Source of the DNA: Porticoccaceae bacterium
Lineage (GTDB): Bacteria > Pseudomonadota > Gammaproteobacteria > Pseudomonadales > Porticoccaceae
Length of the DNA stretch: 64,000 nucleotides
Assembly: GCA_029246925.1 (NCBI GenBank)
Contig: JAQWMF010000014.1
Coordinates: forward strand, 242-64,241
Direction: 5' to 3'
Position numbers and translations under genes: made by a program. The notes under the pieces were generated by a model that was not told where the DNA came from, searched no databases, and saw only the letters and a program-made list of their open reading frames with translations. Below, piece by piece: positions 40,229 through 50,398 of this stretch (positions are counted from its first letter, which is position 1; every line of letters begins with the position of its first letter).

Positions 40229-40399
40229 ATTGTGTCTTAGTGTATGTCAATTAATAAAGATCTATACTAAAGCAATAAGCGGTGTCCTCGCAAACAATAA
40301 TACAGTGCTACGCAAGCATCTATTTGGTTACAGAATAATGACGTTAAGCTGTTACGATGTAGTAATCTATAAAAATTAGACAGCGCTCAAAAGGGTAAG

Positions 40400-41602
40400 G
40401 TGCTCATGAAACAGATCATATTTATTTTATTTACCGTTGTTATCTGCGCTCTAGATTCGGTTGCCAGTGAACAGTTATTCCCCAATGAAGAGTGGATTGA
40501 GGCAAATTCACAGCAGGTATCAATCGATCCGCTAAAAGTACAAAACCTGTTTAATTTAGCCTATGAAGATCAAGCAACCCAGGCGGTAGTGCTCATCAAA
40601 GATGGACTATTGATCGGTGAGCGTTATGCACATGGTTTTGATAAGCACAGCATCGCCACTTCTTGGTCTATGGCAAAAAGTTTTTATGCTGCATTAATTG
40701 GCATCTCAATTGATCGAGGGGAAATAGGACATCTCGATGACAAAGTAAGCCAATACCTTGAGTATTTTAAAGATGATCGCCGAGAAATAACTATCCGGCA
40801 GTTGCTTGATATGACTAGTGGTTTAGCAATGCCTGCCCATGAGCACGAGCATATGTTCTTTACTCAGGACCATTTAGCCTATGCCAAAAAAGTCGGTATT
40901 GAAAAAGCGCCAGGGCGCAAATTCGAATATAACAATGTCAATTCAATGCTTTTAGCCGATATTCTGTTTCGCGCAACGGGCGTGCCTGCGGATGCTCTTT
41001 TAAAAGAGAGAATACTAAAAAAAATTGGCATGGATAACGTCACTCTTTGGAAAGATACTGCGGGTAACCCCCTTATATACTGCTGTATCGATACCACTGT
41101 AAGACAATTTGCCAGATTTGGTTTGCTATTTGCGCGAGGTGGAAAGTGGCAGGATCAGCAAATAGTTCCCAAAGCATTTGTCGATGAAACCTTTCAACGG
41201 GTCTGGAGTGATCTACCCAGCAACAGCATTCAACAGCAAAGAGGCTACTCACTCCATTGGTGGATTTCCCGCTATAAACAAGATGCCAAGATATTTAATG
41301 CCAGTGGTAAATTTGGACAGTATATTTTTGTAGACCCTATTAACGATACAGTCTTTGTTAGGGTGACAAAATATCACCCAACTGGCGGCGAAAAAATAGA
41401 CTGGGGACCGCTAAAGTATTTCAATCAGTTTGGCACTGTTGAGTTCCGAAGAAAATTGACCGCTTTTCTAAGTAGTATTGGGTTAATTGATATTCAGAAT
41501 AATGTTAAGGCACCAATGACCTTTGAAGATGGCGTATCAAACGAATTCTTTACCAATTATGGCGCCATAATGAATGCTCTGGTGGCGCTCAATAAACCAT
41601 AG
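40400..41602 (+). CDS. Serine hydrolase (beta-lactamase/class C-like family), secreted
   Basis: Signal peptide; SMAK (SxxK), YNN, ASGKFGQ. Confidence 0.85.
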   Translation: MLMKQIIFILFTVVICALDSVASEQLFPNEEWIEANSQQVSIDPLKVQNLFNLAYEDQATQAVVLIKDGLLIGERYAHGFDKHSIATSWSMAKSFYAALIGISIDRGEIGHLDDKVSQYLEYFKDDRREITIRQLLDMTSGLAMPAHEHEHMFFTQDHLAYAKKVGIEKAPGRKFEYNNVNSMLLADILFRATGVPADALLKERILKKIGMDNVTLWKDTAGNPLIYCCIDTTVRQFARFGLLFARGGKWQDQQIVPKAFVDETFQRVWSDLPSNSIQQQRGYSLHWWISRYKQDAKIFNASGKFGQYIFVDPINDTVFVRVTKYHPTGGEKIDWGPLKYFNQFGTVEFRRKLTAFLSSIGLIDIQNNVKAPMTFEDGVSNEFFTNYGAIMNALVALNKP

Positions 41603-41955
41603 CCCTTAAGTCATCAAAGTTGCTCTAAATTTTCAATGCAGTAATTGCCGCGTTTCAGAATTCTTTGCTTGATGCCCAGCTGCATTTTGTCCCAACGTCT
41701 AAAAGCTATAGCCGTTCTGGGGTTATTCATTAAACGATCGCTGTTTGACATCATAAAGCGCCTACATGGATTAGGCTGAAAATTCTATCCCTTGGTCGTT
41801 ACAATAGGTCCGAACTGGGATTGAGTAAAAATGTATAAAGCCAGATGAAAATCAATGCTTTTCTCTGTTAGAACCAGACAGATTAATGTAAAATGGCCCG
41901 CATAATTTAGCTCGTCTTTTAATATTCTAAATAATACTTAGGAAACGTCAAAACC

Positions 41956-43215
41956 ATGTTCGATAAACAACAGACTATTGAAAAAATTGACGCTGAACTG
42001 TGGCAAGCAATCCAGCAGGAAGATCAACGTCAAGAACAGCATATTGAACTTATTGCATCAGAGAACTATACCAGCCCAGCTGTGATGGAAGCTCAGGGCA
42101 CTAAGCTGACCAATAAGTATGCCGAGGGATACCCGAAAAAGCGCTACTATGGTGGTTGTGAATATGTTGATGTGGCTGAAGAGTTGGCCATCGAAAGATT
42201 GAAAAGCCTCTATAGTGCAGACTTTGCTAATGTACAGCCTCACTCAGGTTCTCAGGCCAATAATGCCGTATTTTTAGCGCTAATTAAGGGTGGCGATACC
42301 GTGTTGGGTATGAGTCTTGCCGACGGTGGTCACCTTACGCATGGTGCCAAGCCAAATTTTTCTGGCAAGCTATACAACGCCGTTCAATACGGTCTGAATA
42401 CCGAGACGGGTCTTATAGATTATGAGCAGGTTGAAGCGCTTGCGCTAGAGCATAAACCAGCAATGATCATTGCCGGTTTCTCCGCTTACTCAGGCATTAT
42501 GGACTGGGCTCGTTTTAGAGAGATTGCCGATAAAGTTGGTGCCTATCTATTGGTAGATATGGCGCACGTTTCTGGTCTAGTTGCTGCGGGCGTGTACCCG
42601 AGTCCTATTCCACACGCTCATGTAGTGACCTCTACAACGCACAAAACATTGCGTGGCCCGCGAGGCGGTTTTGTTCTAACCAATGATGAAGCTATTGCTA
42701 AGAAAGTAAATTCAGCAGTCTTCCCCGGCAGTCAGGGTGGACCTCTGTGTCATGTCATTGCGGCAAAAGCTATCGCCTTTAAAGAAGCGGCTAGCGATGA
42801 GTTTGTTGAATACCAAAAGCAGGTAGTTGCCAATGCCAAAGCAATGGCAAAAACCTTTATTGATCGCGGTATCAATGTTGTCTCAAACGGTACAGAAAAC
42901 CATCTTATGCTTGTAGATCTTATCGGTAAAGAATACACAGGTACCGATGCTGATCGCGCTATGGGAGAGGCCTTTATCACAGTCAACAAAAACGCTGTTC
43001 CCAACGATCCTCGCTCACCTTTTGTTACCTCCGGTTTAAGGGTGGGTACGCCAGCGATTACTACCAGAGGTTTTGGTATCGAAGAAACAGTGCAGTTAAC
43101 CCATTGGATGTGCGATATCTTAGATGGCTTAGAGCAAGGTAATTCAGAGACAATTATTGCCGAAGTAAAAGCCAAAGTCTTGGATGTCTGTCAGCGTTTT
43201 CCAGTTTACAAATAA
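41956..43215 (+). CDS. glyA: Serine hydroxymethyltransferase
   Basis: [41 protein letters not shown]. Confidence 0.98.
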   Translation: MFDKQQTIEKIDAELWQAIQQEDQRQEQHIELIASENYTSPAVMEAQGTKLTNKYAEGYPKKRYYGGCEYVDVAEELAIERLKSLYSADFANVQPHSGSQANNAVFLALIKGGDTVLGMSLADGGHLTHGAKPNFSGKLYNAVQYGLNTETGLIDYEQVEALALEHKPAMIIAGFSAYSGIMDWARFREIADKVGAYLLVDMAHVSGLVAAGVYPSPIPHAHVVTSTTHKTLRGPRGGFVLTNDEAIAKKVNSAVFPGSQGGPLCHVIAAKAIAFKEAASDEFVEYQKQVVANAKAMAKTFIDRGINVVSNGTENHLMLVDLIGKEYTGTDADRAMGEAFITVNKNAVPNDPRSPFVTSGLRVGTPAITTRGFGIEETVQLTHWMCDILDGLEQGNSETIIAEVKAKVLDVCQRFPVYK

Positions 43216-43235
43216 ACTGGATTAAAGCGGATATT

Positions 43236-43262
43236 AAAAGCCCCATTGAATGGGGCTTTTTT
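43236..43262 (+). terminator. Rho-independent terminator after glyA
   Basis: aaaagccccat-tga-atggggctttttt. Confidence 0.85.
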
Positions 43263-43382
43263 ATCGCTGGGATTAAACTAAAAAATTACTACACTTAACC
43301 TCAGGTCAACCACCTACTGCAATACACTCAAACAAGAGTGTATGTTGTGTTAGAATATCTAATCATTTAAAGGTGCATCGCT

Positions 43383-43853
43383 ATGTTTTGTCCATTTTGT
43401 AATGCTGATGATACAAAAGTTATAGATTCCCGCTTGGTGACCAACGGAGGTCAGGTGCGTCGGCGCAGAGAGTGCTCTGAATGCAGTGAGCGATTTACGA
43501 CCTATGAATTAGCAGAGTTGGTTATGCCGCGCGTTATTAAAACTGATGGTACCAGACAGTCCTTTGACGAAGATAAATTGCGTGCAGGCCTTCAGCGTGC
43601 ATTAGAAAAACGTCCAGTGCCTATCGAGCAAATAGAAGTTGCTATATCTGAAATAAAACATTTCTTACAGGTAACAGGTGAGCGTGAAATACCCTCAAAA
43701 ATTATTGGTGAAGAGGTGATGCGCCAACTCAGAGAACTGGATGCGGTGGCCTATGTTAGGTTTGCCTCTGTTTATCGTAGTTTTCAAGATATCAGTGAAT
43801 TCCAAGCTGAACTCAATCGACTTAATGAAGATAATAGTGGTTTGACTGACTAA
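43383..43853 (+). CDS. nrdR: Transcriptional repressor NrdR
   Basis: CPFC...VIDSR...RRRREC..C..RFTTYE; ATP-cone; [10 protein letters not shown]. Confidence 0.97.
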   Translation: MFCPFCNADDTKVIDSRLVTNGGQVRRRRECSECSERFTTYELAELVMPRVIKTDGTRQSFDEDKLRAGLQRALEKRPVPIEQIEVAISEIKHFLQVTGEREIPSKIIGEEVMRQLRELDAVAYVRFASVYRSFQDISEFQAELNRLNEDNSGLTD

Positions 43854-43855
43854 TT

Positions 43856-44977
43856 ATGCAATTTTCAGCTCAAGATCACAGCATGATGGGGCGAGCATTA
43901 CAGCTTGCAGCTAAGGCACGTTTTACTACCGCGCCCAATCCCGCAGTTGGCTGTGTTGTGGTTGCAGATAATGAAATTATTGGTGAGGGTTTTACTCGTC
44001 CGCCGGCAGGTAATCATGCCGAAATAGAAGCATTGGAAATGGCCGGTGAAGCTCCTAGATCCACACTTTATGTCACCCTAGAGCCCTGTAGTCATCAAGG
44101 TAAAACGGGTCCCTGTGTTCAGGCATTAATTAAAGCCAAAGTCTCGCGAGTAGTTATTGCATGCGAAGATCCCAATCCGAAAGTCTCTGGCTCTGGTATA
44201 AAACAACTAGAAGAAGCGGGGATAGAGGTTCAAGTTGGGTTGATGGAAGCGCAGGCAAGAGACTTAAATAAGGGATTTTTTAAACGTAATACCGAGGGTA
44301 CTCCCTGGGTGTTGGTTAAAATGGCAGCTAGCTTGGACGGTCGTACAGCTATGGCAAGTGGCCAAAGTCAGTGGATTACATCCCCTGCAGCGCGTCTAGA
44401 TGTTCAGCGCTTAAGAGCTGCCAGCTGTGCCATTATTACTGGCATAGGCACGCAGCAAATGGACAACCCATCGCTAACTCTGCGTATAACAGAGGAACAG
44501 CTTGGGGTTGAAGATACGCTGCAACAGCCATTGCGCGTGGTGGTTGATGCGCAGATGAAAATGTCTGCCGATGCGCGACTGCTGCAAGCTTCGGGACCCT
44601 GTCTGATTGCGACCTTAGATAAGCCGCAACAAAGAGAGAGATCAAAAGCACTGGCTGCTGCTGGAGCTGAGGTAATCTTCCTCCCGGCTCAAGGAGAGCA
44701 TATCGATCTTCAGGCACTTTTAGAGGAGCTGGCACAGCGCGAATGCAATCAGGTAATGGTCGAAGCGGGTGCGGGCCTAGCGGGGGCATTTATAGCCGAA
44801 GGTTTACTGGATGAATTGGTCTGTTACTGGGCGCCGAAATTATTTGGCAGTGAGGCAAGACCCATGTTTGATCTGCCGATTGAAACCATTGATGCCCACT
44901 TAGCATTATCGGTAAAAGATATGCGTATGGTGGGTGAAGATATAAAATTGATAATGCAGCCAGATAAAGATTATTAG
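43856..44977 (+). CDS. ribD: Riboflavin biosynthesis deaminase/reductase RibD
   Basis: PNPAVG, HAE, LEPCSHQGKTGPC, ASLDGRTA, VEAGAGLAG. Confidence 0.96.
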   Translation: MQFSAQDHSMMGRALQLAAKARFTTAPNPAVGCVVVADNEIIGEGFTRPPAGNHAEIEALEMAGEAPRSTLYVTLEPCSHQGKTGPCVQALIKAKVSRVVIACEDPNPKVSGSGIKQLEEAGIEVQVGLMEAQARDLNKGFFKRNTEGTPWVLVKMAASLDGRTAMASGQSQWITSPAARLDVQRLRAASCAIITGIGTQQMDNPSLTLRITEEQLGVEDTLQQPLRVVVDAQMKMSADARLLQASGPCLIATLDKPQQRERSKALAAAGAEVIFLPAQGEHIDLQALLEELAQRECNQVMVEAGAGLAGAFIAEGLLDELVCYWAPKLFGSEARPMFDLPIETIDAHLALSVKDMRMVGEDIKLIMQPDKDY

Positions 44978-44999
44978 AATTAAAGTTAGGTAAAAATGT

Positions 45000-45608
45000 A
45001 TGTTTACAGGAATTATTAGCGCCATAGGTAAAATTGCCGCACTTGAACAGCGGCAAGGCGACGTTCGACTGTCTATTCATGCTCCAGAGTTGGGTTTTGA
45101 TGATGTTAGGCTGGGTGACAGTATTGCCTGTAATGGTGTTTGCCTAACAGCAGTTGAATTAGTTGATTCTGGCTTTATTGCTGATGTCTCTGTTGAAACT
45201 CTCAGCCTAACGACTATTGAGAATTGGCAAATAGGGACTGGGGTTAACCTAGAAAAAGCCATGCAAGCCAGTGATCGCTTTGGTGGACATATGGTGTCTG
45301 GTCATGTTGATGGTATTGGCGAGGTAACTTCGCTTCACGAAGATGCACGTTCATGGCGTTTCACGATAAAGGCACCTGCTAATCTAGCCAAATATATTGC
45401 ACAAAAAGGCTCAATTACCGTTGATGGTACTAGCTTAACGGTCAATGCCGTTAAAGGTGCAGAGTTTGAATTAAATATAGTGCCCCACACCATGATTCAC
45501 ACAATAATGAGCGACTATCAGGTTGGAGTCAAAGTGAATTTAGAGGTGGATTTGATCGCCAGATACTTAGAGCGATTAACCAGCCAAGACAATACTGACA
45601 CATTATAA
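45000..45608 (+). CDS. ribE: Riboflavin synthase (alpha chain)
   Basis: MFTGII N-terminus, GDSIACNGVCLT, GGHMVSGHVD, VNLEVD (called ribC in some nomenclatures). Confidence 0.96.
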   Translation: MFTGIISAIGKIAALEQRQGDVRLSIHAPELGFDDVRLGDSIACNGVCLTAVELVDSGFIADVSVETLSLTTIENWQIGTGVNLEKAMQASDRFGGHMVSGHVDGIGEVTSLHEDARSWRFTIKAPANLAKYIAQKGSITVDGTSLTVNAVKGAEFELNIVPHTMIHTIMSDYQVGVKVNLEVDLIARYLERLTSQDNTDTL

Positions 45609-45643
45609 TTAGTCCTGTTGCGGACTATAGGAAGAAGAACAGC

Positions 45644-46777
45644 ATGCAGCTAAATACAGTGGAAGAGCTAATCGAAGATATCCGTCAGGGCAAGATGGTT
45701 ATTCTGATGGATGACGAAGATCGTGAAAATGAAGGCGATCTAGTGATGGCCGCCCCTATGGTTAGACCCGAAGATATCAACTTTATGGCCACCAATGCTC
45801 GCGGCTTAATCTGTTTGCCGCTCAGTGAGGCGCGCTGTCAGCAACTTAATTTAGGTTTAATGGTTGCCAGTGATAGCAACAGTTCAAGTCATGCCACGCC
45901 TTTTACATTATCGATTGAAGCTGCGGAGGGGGTGACTACAGGTATTTCTGCAGCAGATCGTGCACGTACCGTGCAGGCAGCGGTGGCGAGTAATGCCCAT
46001 CCAGAGGATATTGTTCAGCCAGGACATATTTTTCCCCTTAAAGCACAGCCCGGCGGTGTGTTAAGTCGAGCGGGGCATACTGAAGCTGGTTGTGATCTGG
46101 CACGACTCGCAGGATTTGAGTCTGCTGCGGTGATTGTCGAAATTATGAATGAAGATGGCACCATGGCAAGGCGCGATGATTTGGAGCATTTTGCTAAAAA
46201 ACATGATCTTAAGATCGGCACTATTGCCGATTTAATCCACTACCGCTTAGTGACCGAAAAAACCACCCAATGTGTTAGTGAGCGGATAGTGAACACTCAC
46301 TATGGTCAATTTACCCTTAAAACCTACTTGGATCATGCGCGAGATGAAAAGCATTTTGCGCTGGTTATGGGTGACGTCAGTGGGGATGATGCACCCTTGG
46401 TTCGGGTACACATCAATCGATCAGCCAGAGATTTATTGGCCATTGAGCCTAGAGAGGGCTTTCAGTCATGGTCAACCCATACAGCCCTAGAAGCAATTGC
46501 CAAAGAGGGGCGTGGTGTTTTGGTGTTACTTGTTTATTCAGAAACGGCAGAAGATATGGATAGACACATTGATGAAATGTTAAATATTAGCAGCGATAAA
46601 ACACCGCCAGCCAGCGAAGTGGTTTACTTTCAGGTAGGCACAGGGTCACAAATTCTAATGGATTTAGGGATTAGTAAAATGCGTCTATTGAGTGCCCCTT
46701 TCAAATTTAGTGGTATTTCTGGTTTTGATCTAGAAGTAGTGGAATATGTAGATTATCAAGAGAGTAAAAGGACCTAA
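45644..46777 (+). CDS. ribB: DHBP synthase RibB fused to a degenerate GTP cyclohydrolase II-like domain (RibBX type)
   Basis: [23 protein letters not shown]; the C-terminal domain lacks the Zn-binding cysteines. Confidence 0.9.
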   Translation: MQLNTVEELIEDIRQGKMVILMDDEDRENEGDLVMAAPMVRPEDINFMATNARGLICLPLSEARCQQLNLGLMVASDSNSSSHATPFTLSIEAAEGVTTGISAADRARTVQAAVASNAHPEDIVQPGHIFPLKAQPGGVLSRAGHTEAGCDLARLAGFESAAVIVEIMNEDGTMARRDDLEHFAKKHDLKIGTIADLIHYRLVTEKTTQCVSERIVNTHYGQFTLKTYLDHARDEKHFALVMGDVSGDDAPLVRVHINRSARDLLAIEPREGFQSWSTHTALEAIAKEGRGVLVLLVYSETAEDMDRHIDEMLNISSDKTPPASEVVYFQVGTGSQILMDLGISKMRLLSAPFKFSGISGFDLEVVEYVDYQESKRT

Positions 46778-46779
46778 CA

Positions 46780-47256
46780 ATGGGTGAATTTAGACCTCAA
46801 GAAGGCAATTTTTCAGTACAAGATGCGCGAATTGCGGTGATAACTGCACGTTGGAACTCCCAAGTGACTGATGGATTGCGTGCCGGAGCATTGCGGACTT
46901 TAGCGCGGCACAATATACAAGCAGTCGAAGATTTTTATGTGCCAGGGGCATTTGAACTGCCATTGGCAGCACAGCGTGCCGCACGCACAGGTCGTTTTGA
47001 TGCCATTATTACACTGGGTTGCGTGATTCGCGGGGATACCCCGCATTTTGACTATGTATGTGCTGAGACCACCAGAGGCATTGGTGAAGTTGGTCTTAGA
47101 GAGGATCTGCCGGTCGCCTTTGGGTTACTGACCACAGACAACCTGCAGCAGGCGTTGGATCGTGCTGGAGAAAATCAAGAAAACAAAGGTGAAGAGGCCG
47201 CATTAACCGTCCTTGAAATACTCGAGCTGTTTAAAAATATGCAGGTGACTCAATAA
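46780..47256 (+). CDS. ribH: 6,7-dimethyl-8-ribityllumazine synthase
   Basis: ARWN, VPGAFELP, LGCVIRGDTPHFDYV, FGLLT. Confidence 0.97.
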   Translation: MGEFRPQEGNFSVQDARIAVITARWNSQVTDGLRAGALRTLARHNIQAVEDFYVPGAFELPLAAQRAARTGRFDAIITLGCVIRGDTPHFDYVCAETTRGIGEVGLREDLPVAFGLLTTDNLQQALDRAGENQENKGEEAALTVLEILELFKNMQVTQ

Positions 47257-47694
47257 ATGTCAAAAACAAAAGCCAAGCAAAAGGCTAGAAAGTTATCACT
47301 TCAAGCACTCTATTCATGGGATTTGAGCGGTATTGATTTGCAAACCATTGAAGTCAATTTCCAGACTGAAAACGATATGAGCAAAGTGGATACCGATCTA
47401 TTCAAAAACTTGCTCTATGATGTGCCTAAAAATCTCGAAAAAATTGATGAAGCCTATCAGCCTTATTTAGACCGTGAACAGGATCAGCTTGATCCAGTGT
47501 CGCGCGCTATATTGAGAATTTCCACCTATGAACTATTATTTAGTATTGAGGTACCCTATAAGGTGGTTATAAATGAAGGGGTTAACTTAGCTAAAACATT
47601 TGGCCCAACAGATGCCTATAAATTTATTAATGGCGTTCTCGATCGAGTAGCAGCGCAGAGCAGAGCTGTGGAAATCGCCGCCAAACAAGGATAA
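47257..47694 (+). CDS. nusB: Transcription antitermination factor NusB
   Basis: ARKLSLQALY, AILRI..YEL, VVINEGVNLAKTFG, FINGVLD. Confidence 0.96.
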   Translation: MSKTKAKQKARKLSLQALYSWDLSGIDLQTIEVNFQTENDMSKVDTDLFKNLLYDVPKNLEKIDEAYQPYLDREQDQLDPVSRAILRISTYELLFSIEVPYKVVINEGVNLAKTFGPTDAYKFINGVLDRVAAQSRAVEIAAKQG

Positions 47695-47709
47695 ATACCG
47701 TATTCAAGC

Positions 47710-48678
47710 ATGAATCAAACAATCGACGAATTCTCGCTTATCTCTAATTTTTTTAAAGAGTTAACAGGCCAACAGGATGTTGCTGTTGGGATTGGCGATG
47801 ATGCAGCGATAATTAATACAACAAAAGATCATCAAATTGCGGTAGCTACAGATACTCTAGTCGCCTCAGTACATTTCCCTGAAGATGCAACAGCTGAACA
47901 AATCGCCACTAGAGCGCTTTGCGTTAACCTCAGTGATATGGCGGCTATGGGAGCCATTCCAAAATGGTTTACCCTCTCCCTGTGCATGCCTAAAGAATGG
48001 GTCTCTTCAGAATGGTTACAAGGGTTTAGTCAGGGACTGGCAAGAGTAGCTGATCAATATAATGTTTCCCTTATTGGAGGGGATACAACAGCGGGGCCTC
48101 TAACCATAAGTATTACGGTGCTAGGCGAGAATCCGATAGGTCAGAGTCTCTGTCGCGATGGTGCCAAGCCAGACGATATTATCTATGTTAGCGGCACATT
48201 GGGCGATGGAGCGGCAGCACTACATCAGCTTTTAAACTCAACTTTGAAGAAAAATGATCGTCTGATAGAAAGATTTTATCAGCCCCAACCTCAAATTGAT
48301 CTAGGTATTGGTCTTCGCGCCTATGCAAGTGCCTGCATCGATATTTCAGATGGGTTGATAGCGGATCTTGGGCATCTATGTAAAGCGAGTGGAGTTACAG
48401 CATTAATCAATAGTCAGTTATTGCCGATTCATCCCGATATAAAGCAGGCTCATTCAGGCCAAAGTAGGAGTTGGGCACTAACCGGTGGTGATGACTATCA
48501 ACTCTGCTTTACTGTTCCGTTAAACCAACAAGCAGACTTTGAATACTGGGCAGACTCTAATAATTTTGATGTGAATGCAATTGGCAATATGATCCCATTA
48601 GATCATAATCAAGATTATTTAAAGATAGATAACCAAAAAGTATCTATCACAGCAGGAGGGTACTCTCATTTCAGATAA
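47710..48678 (+). CDS. thiL: Thiamine-monophosphate kinase
   Basis: EFSLI, GIGDDAA, NLSDMAAMGA, GGDT, DISDGL, GGDDYQL, GYSHF. Confidence 0.96.
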   Translation: MNQTIDEFSLISNFFKELTGQQDVAVGIGDDAAIINTTKDHQIAVATDTLVASVHFPEDATAEQIATRALCVNLSDMAAMGAIPKWFTLSLCMPKEWVSSEWLQGFSQGLARVADQYNVSLIGGDTTAGPLTISITVLGENPIGQSLCRDGAKPDDIIYVSGTLGDGAAALHQLLNSTLKKNDRLIERFYQPQPQIDLGIGLRAYASACIDISDGLIADLGHLCKASGVTALINSQLLPIHPDIKQAHSGQSRSWALTGGDDYQLCFTVPLNQQADFEYWADSNNFDVNAIGNMIPLDHNQDYLKIDNQKVSITAGGYSHFR

Positions 48679-48718
48679 AAACCCCCAATTTAGTGAGTTA
48701 TTCCGCTCACCTAGCCTA

Positions 48719-49156
48719 ATGCTAGCCTTTGGATTTGGCAGTGGTCTATCACCCAAAGCGCCCGGAACCATGGGTACTCTGGCTGCAATACCCCTATGGT
48801 TACTACTTAATCAATTACCCATGACTATATATTGGTTGGTAATCTTAGTTGCTATCATTGTGGGCATCTATATTTGCGGCAGTGCAGCAAAAACACTGGG
48901 TGTGCACGATCATTCAGGGATTGTCTGGGATGAATTTGTTGGTCTATGGATTGCTATGGCATTTCTACCCCCCACATTAGGCTCGGTTATTTGTGGTTTT
49001 GTGTTATTTCGTTTTTTCGATATTGTAAAACCTTGGCCAATTAGTTGGTTGGACAAAAATATGCACGGTGGTGTAGGCATTATGATTGACGATATAGTGG
49101 CGGGAAGCTTTGCCGCCTGCCTAGCCTTTTATATTAACTACTTGGGCTATTTATAA
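48719..49156 (+). CDS. pgpA: Phosphatidylglycerophosphatase A (true start may be ATT at 48668)
   Basis: FGFGSGLSPKAPGT.GT, VWDEFVG, FRFFDIVKPWP, GIMIDD. Confidence 0.93.
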   Translation: MLAFGFGSGLSPKAPGTMGTLAAIPLWLLLNQLPMTIYWLVILVAIIVGIYICGSAAKTLGVHDHSGIVWDEFVGLWIAMAFLPPTLGSVICGFVLFRFFDIVKPWPISWLDKNMHGGVGIMIDDIVAGSFAACLAFYINYLGYL

Positions 49157-49198
49157 AAGAAAAACGTAACCTATTTGTATACTGAATAAGTAAAACCA

Positions 49199-50398
49199 AT
49201 GGCCACAGAGGGCAACCTGTTGAAAACAAAAATTCTACCCTTAATTATCATTATTATTGCCTTTCTAATTGCCGGGCTAATGAGTCTTCTAAAGCCGGAT
49301 GCTGTTGAGCTTGAGTCACCCAGTCGAGAAGTTGCCGTAACAACAGAAGTTTTAGAAAAATCGCAGATTCAGCTCAAGGTTAAGTCTCAGGGGACTGTTC
49401 AACCGCGAACTAGAACCATGTTAGTTTCAGAGGTTTCCGGCATAGTCATGGAAGTCGCCCCCCAATTTGTAGTAGGCGGAACCTTTGTCAAAGGTGATGT
49501 ATTAATTAAGCTAGATGCGGCTGACTATAAGGTGGCAAAGCAAAGAGCAGATGCACAGTTAAACAGCGCAAAAGCTCAATTGCTATCAGAGCAGGCTAAA
49601 TCATCTCAGGCACAAAAAGAATGGGAAATGACCGGTCGACCTTTAGCTGAGGCACCTATTTTGGCACTGCGCACGCCATTTCTTGCAGAAGCGCAGTCAC
49701 GCTTATTACAGGCTGAGGCTGAGGTCAGGCAAGCAGAACTCAAACTACAAAGAACCATTATTCGTGCCCCCTATATAGGAATGGTTTCAGCTAAAATGGT
49801 TGATGTGGGTCAGTACGTCACTATAGGTACAAGACTAGGCGAAACCTTTGCCATCGATTTTGCCGAAATACGCTTACCTATGACCGGCAAGGATTTATCA
49901 AAACTGGGCTGGGATGCAGCCACAGCAAAAGAACAAATATTTAATAAAAATAGGGTTCAATTACAGGGAACGGTCAATGGTCATTCTGCCACTTGGCAAG
50001 CAGTGCTTGTTCGCTCAGAGGGAATTATTGAACAGAGTAGTAGAGCCCAGTATTTAGTGGCTCAAATCGCTGATCCCTACAATATAAAAGGTCAATCAAA
50101 TCGACCACCATTACTCATCGGCAGTTTTGTTGAGGCCAGGGTGGCAGGAAAAATAATAAATGATGTTTATCCGCTTCCTCGCCATGCTCTGCGTTCAAAT
50201 AATCGAGTGGCAACAGTAGATGCTGATCAACGTTTAAAATGGGTTGCCGTTGATTATCAGTTTGAAGACTATGCCAATTACTATATTAATAAAGGTCTTG
50301 AGAGTCAGGTCGAAATTGTGACCAGTGGTATGGGCGTTATGGTGGATGGCATGCAACTAAAGCCAGTCAATAACCTTAAAGCGGCAGCAACAAAATGA
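49199..50398 (+). CDS. RND efflux periplasmic adaptor (MFP) subunit
   Basis: N-terminal TM helix, QGTVQPR..LVSEVSG, coiled coil, IRAPY.G.V. Confidence 0.9.
   Translation: MATEGNLLKTKILPLIIIIIAFLIAGLMSLLKPDAVELESPSREVAVTTEVLEKSQIQLKVKSQGTVQPRTRTMLVSEVSGIVMEVAPQFVVGGTFVKGDVLIKLDAADYKVAKQRADAQLNSAKAQLLSEQAKSSQAQKEWEMTGRPLAEAPILALRTPFLAEAQSRLLQAEAEVRQAELKLQRTIIRAPYIGMVSAKMVDVGQYVTIGTRLGETFAIDFAEIRLPMTGKDLSKLGWDAATAKEQIFNKNRVQLQGTVNGHSATWQAVLVRSEGIIEQSSRAQYLVAQIADPYNIKGQSNRPPLLIGSFVEARVAGKIINDVYPLPRHALRSNNRVATVDADQRLKWVAVDYQFEDYANYYINKGLESQVEIVTSGMGVMVDGMQLKPVNNLKAAATK

Noticed and set aside
41760-41955. Possible glycine or ZTP riboswitch upstream of glyA
   Set aside because: None of the conserved aptamer sequence elements are visible
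43263-47710. Possible FMN or TPP riboswitch for the rib/thiL genes
   Set aside because: Intergenic gaps are too short or lack the consensus elements
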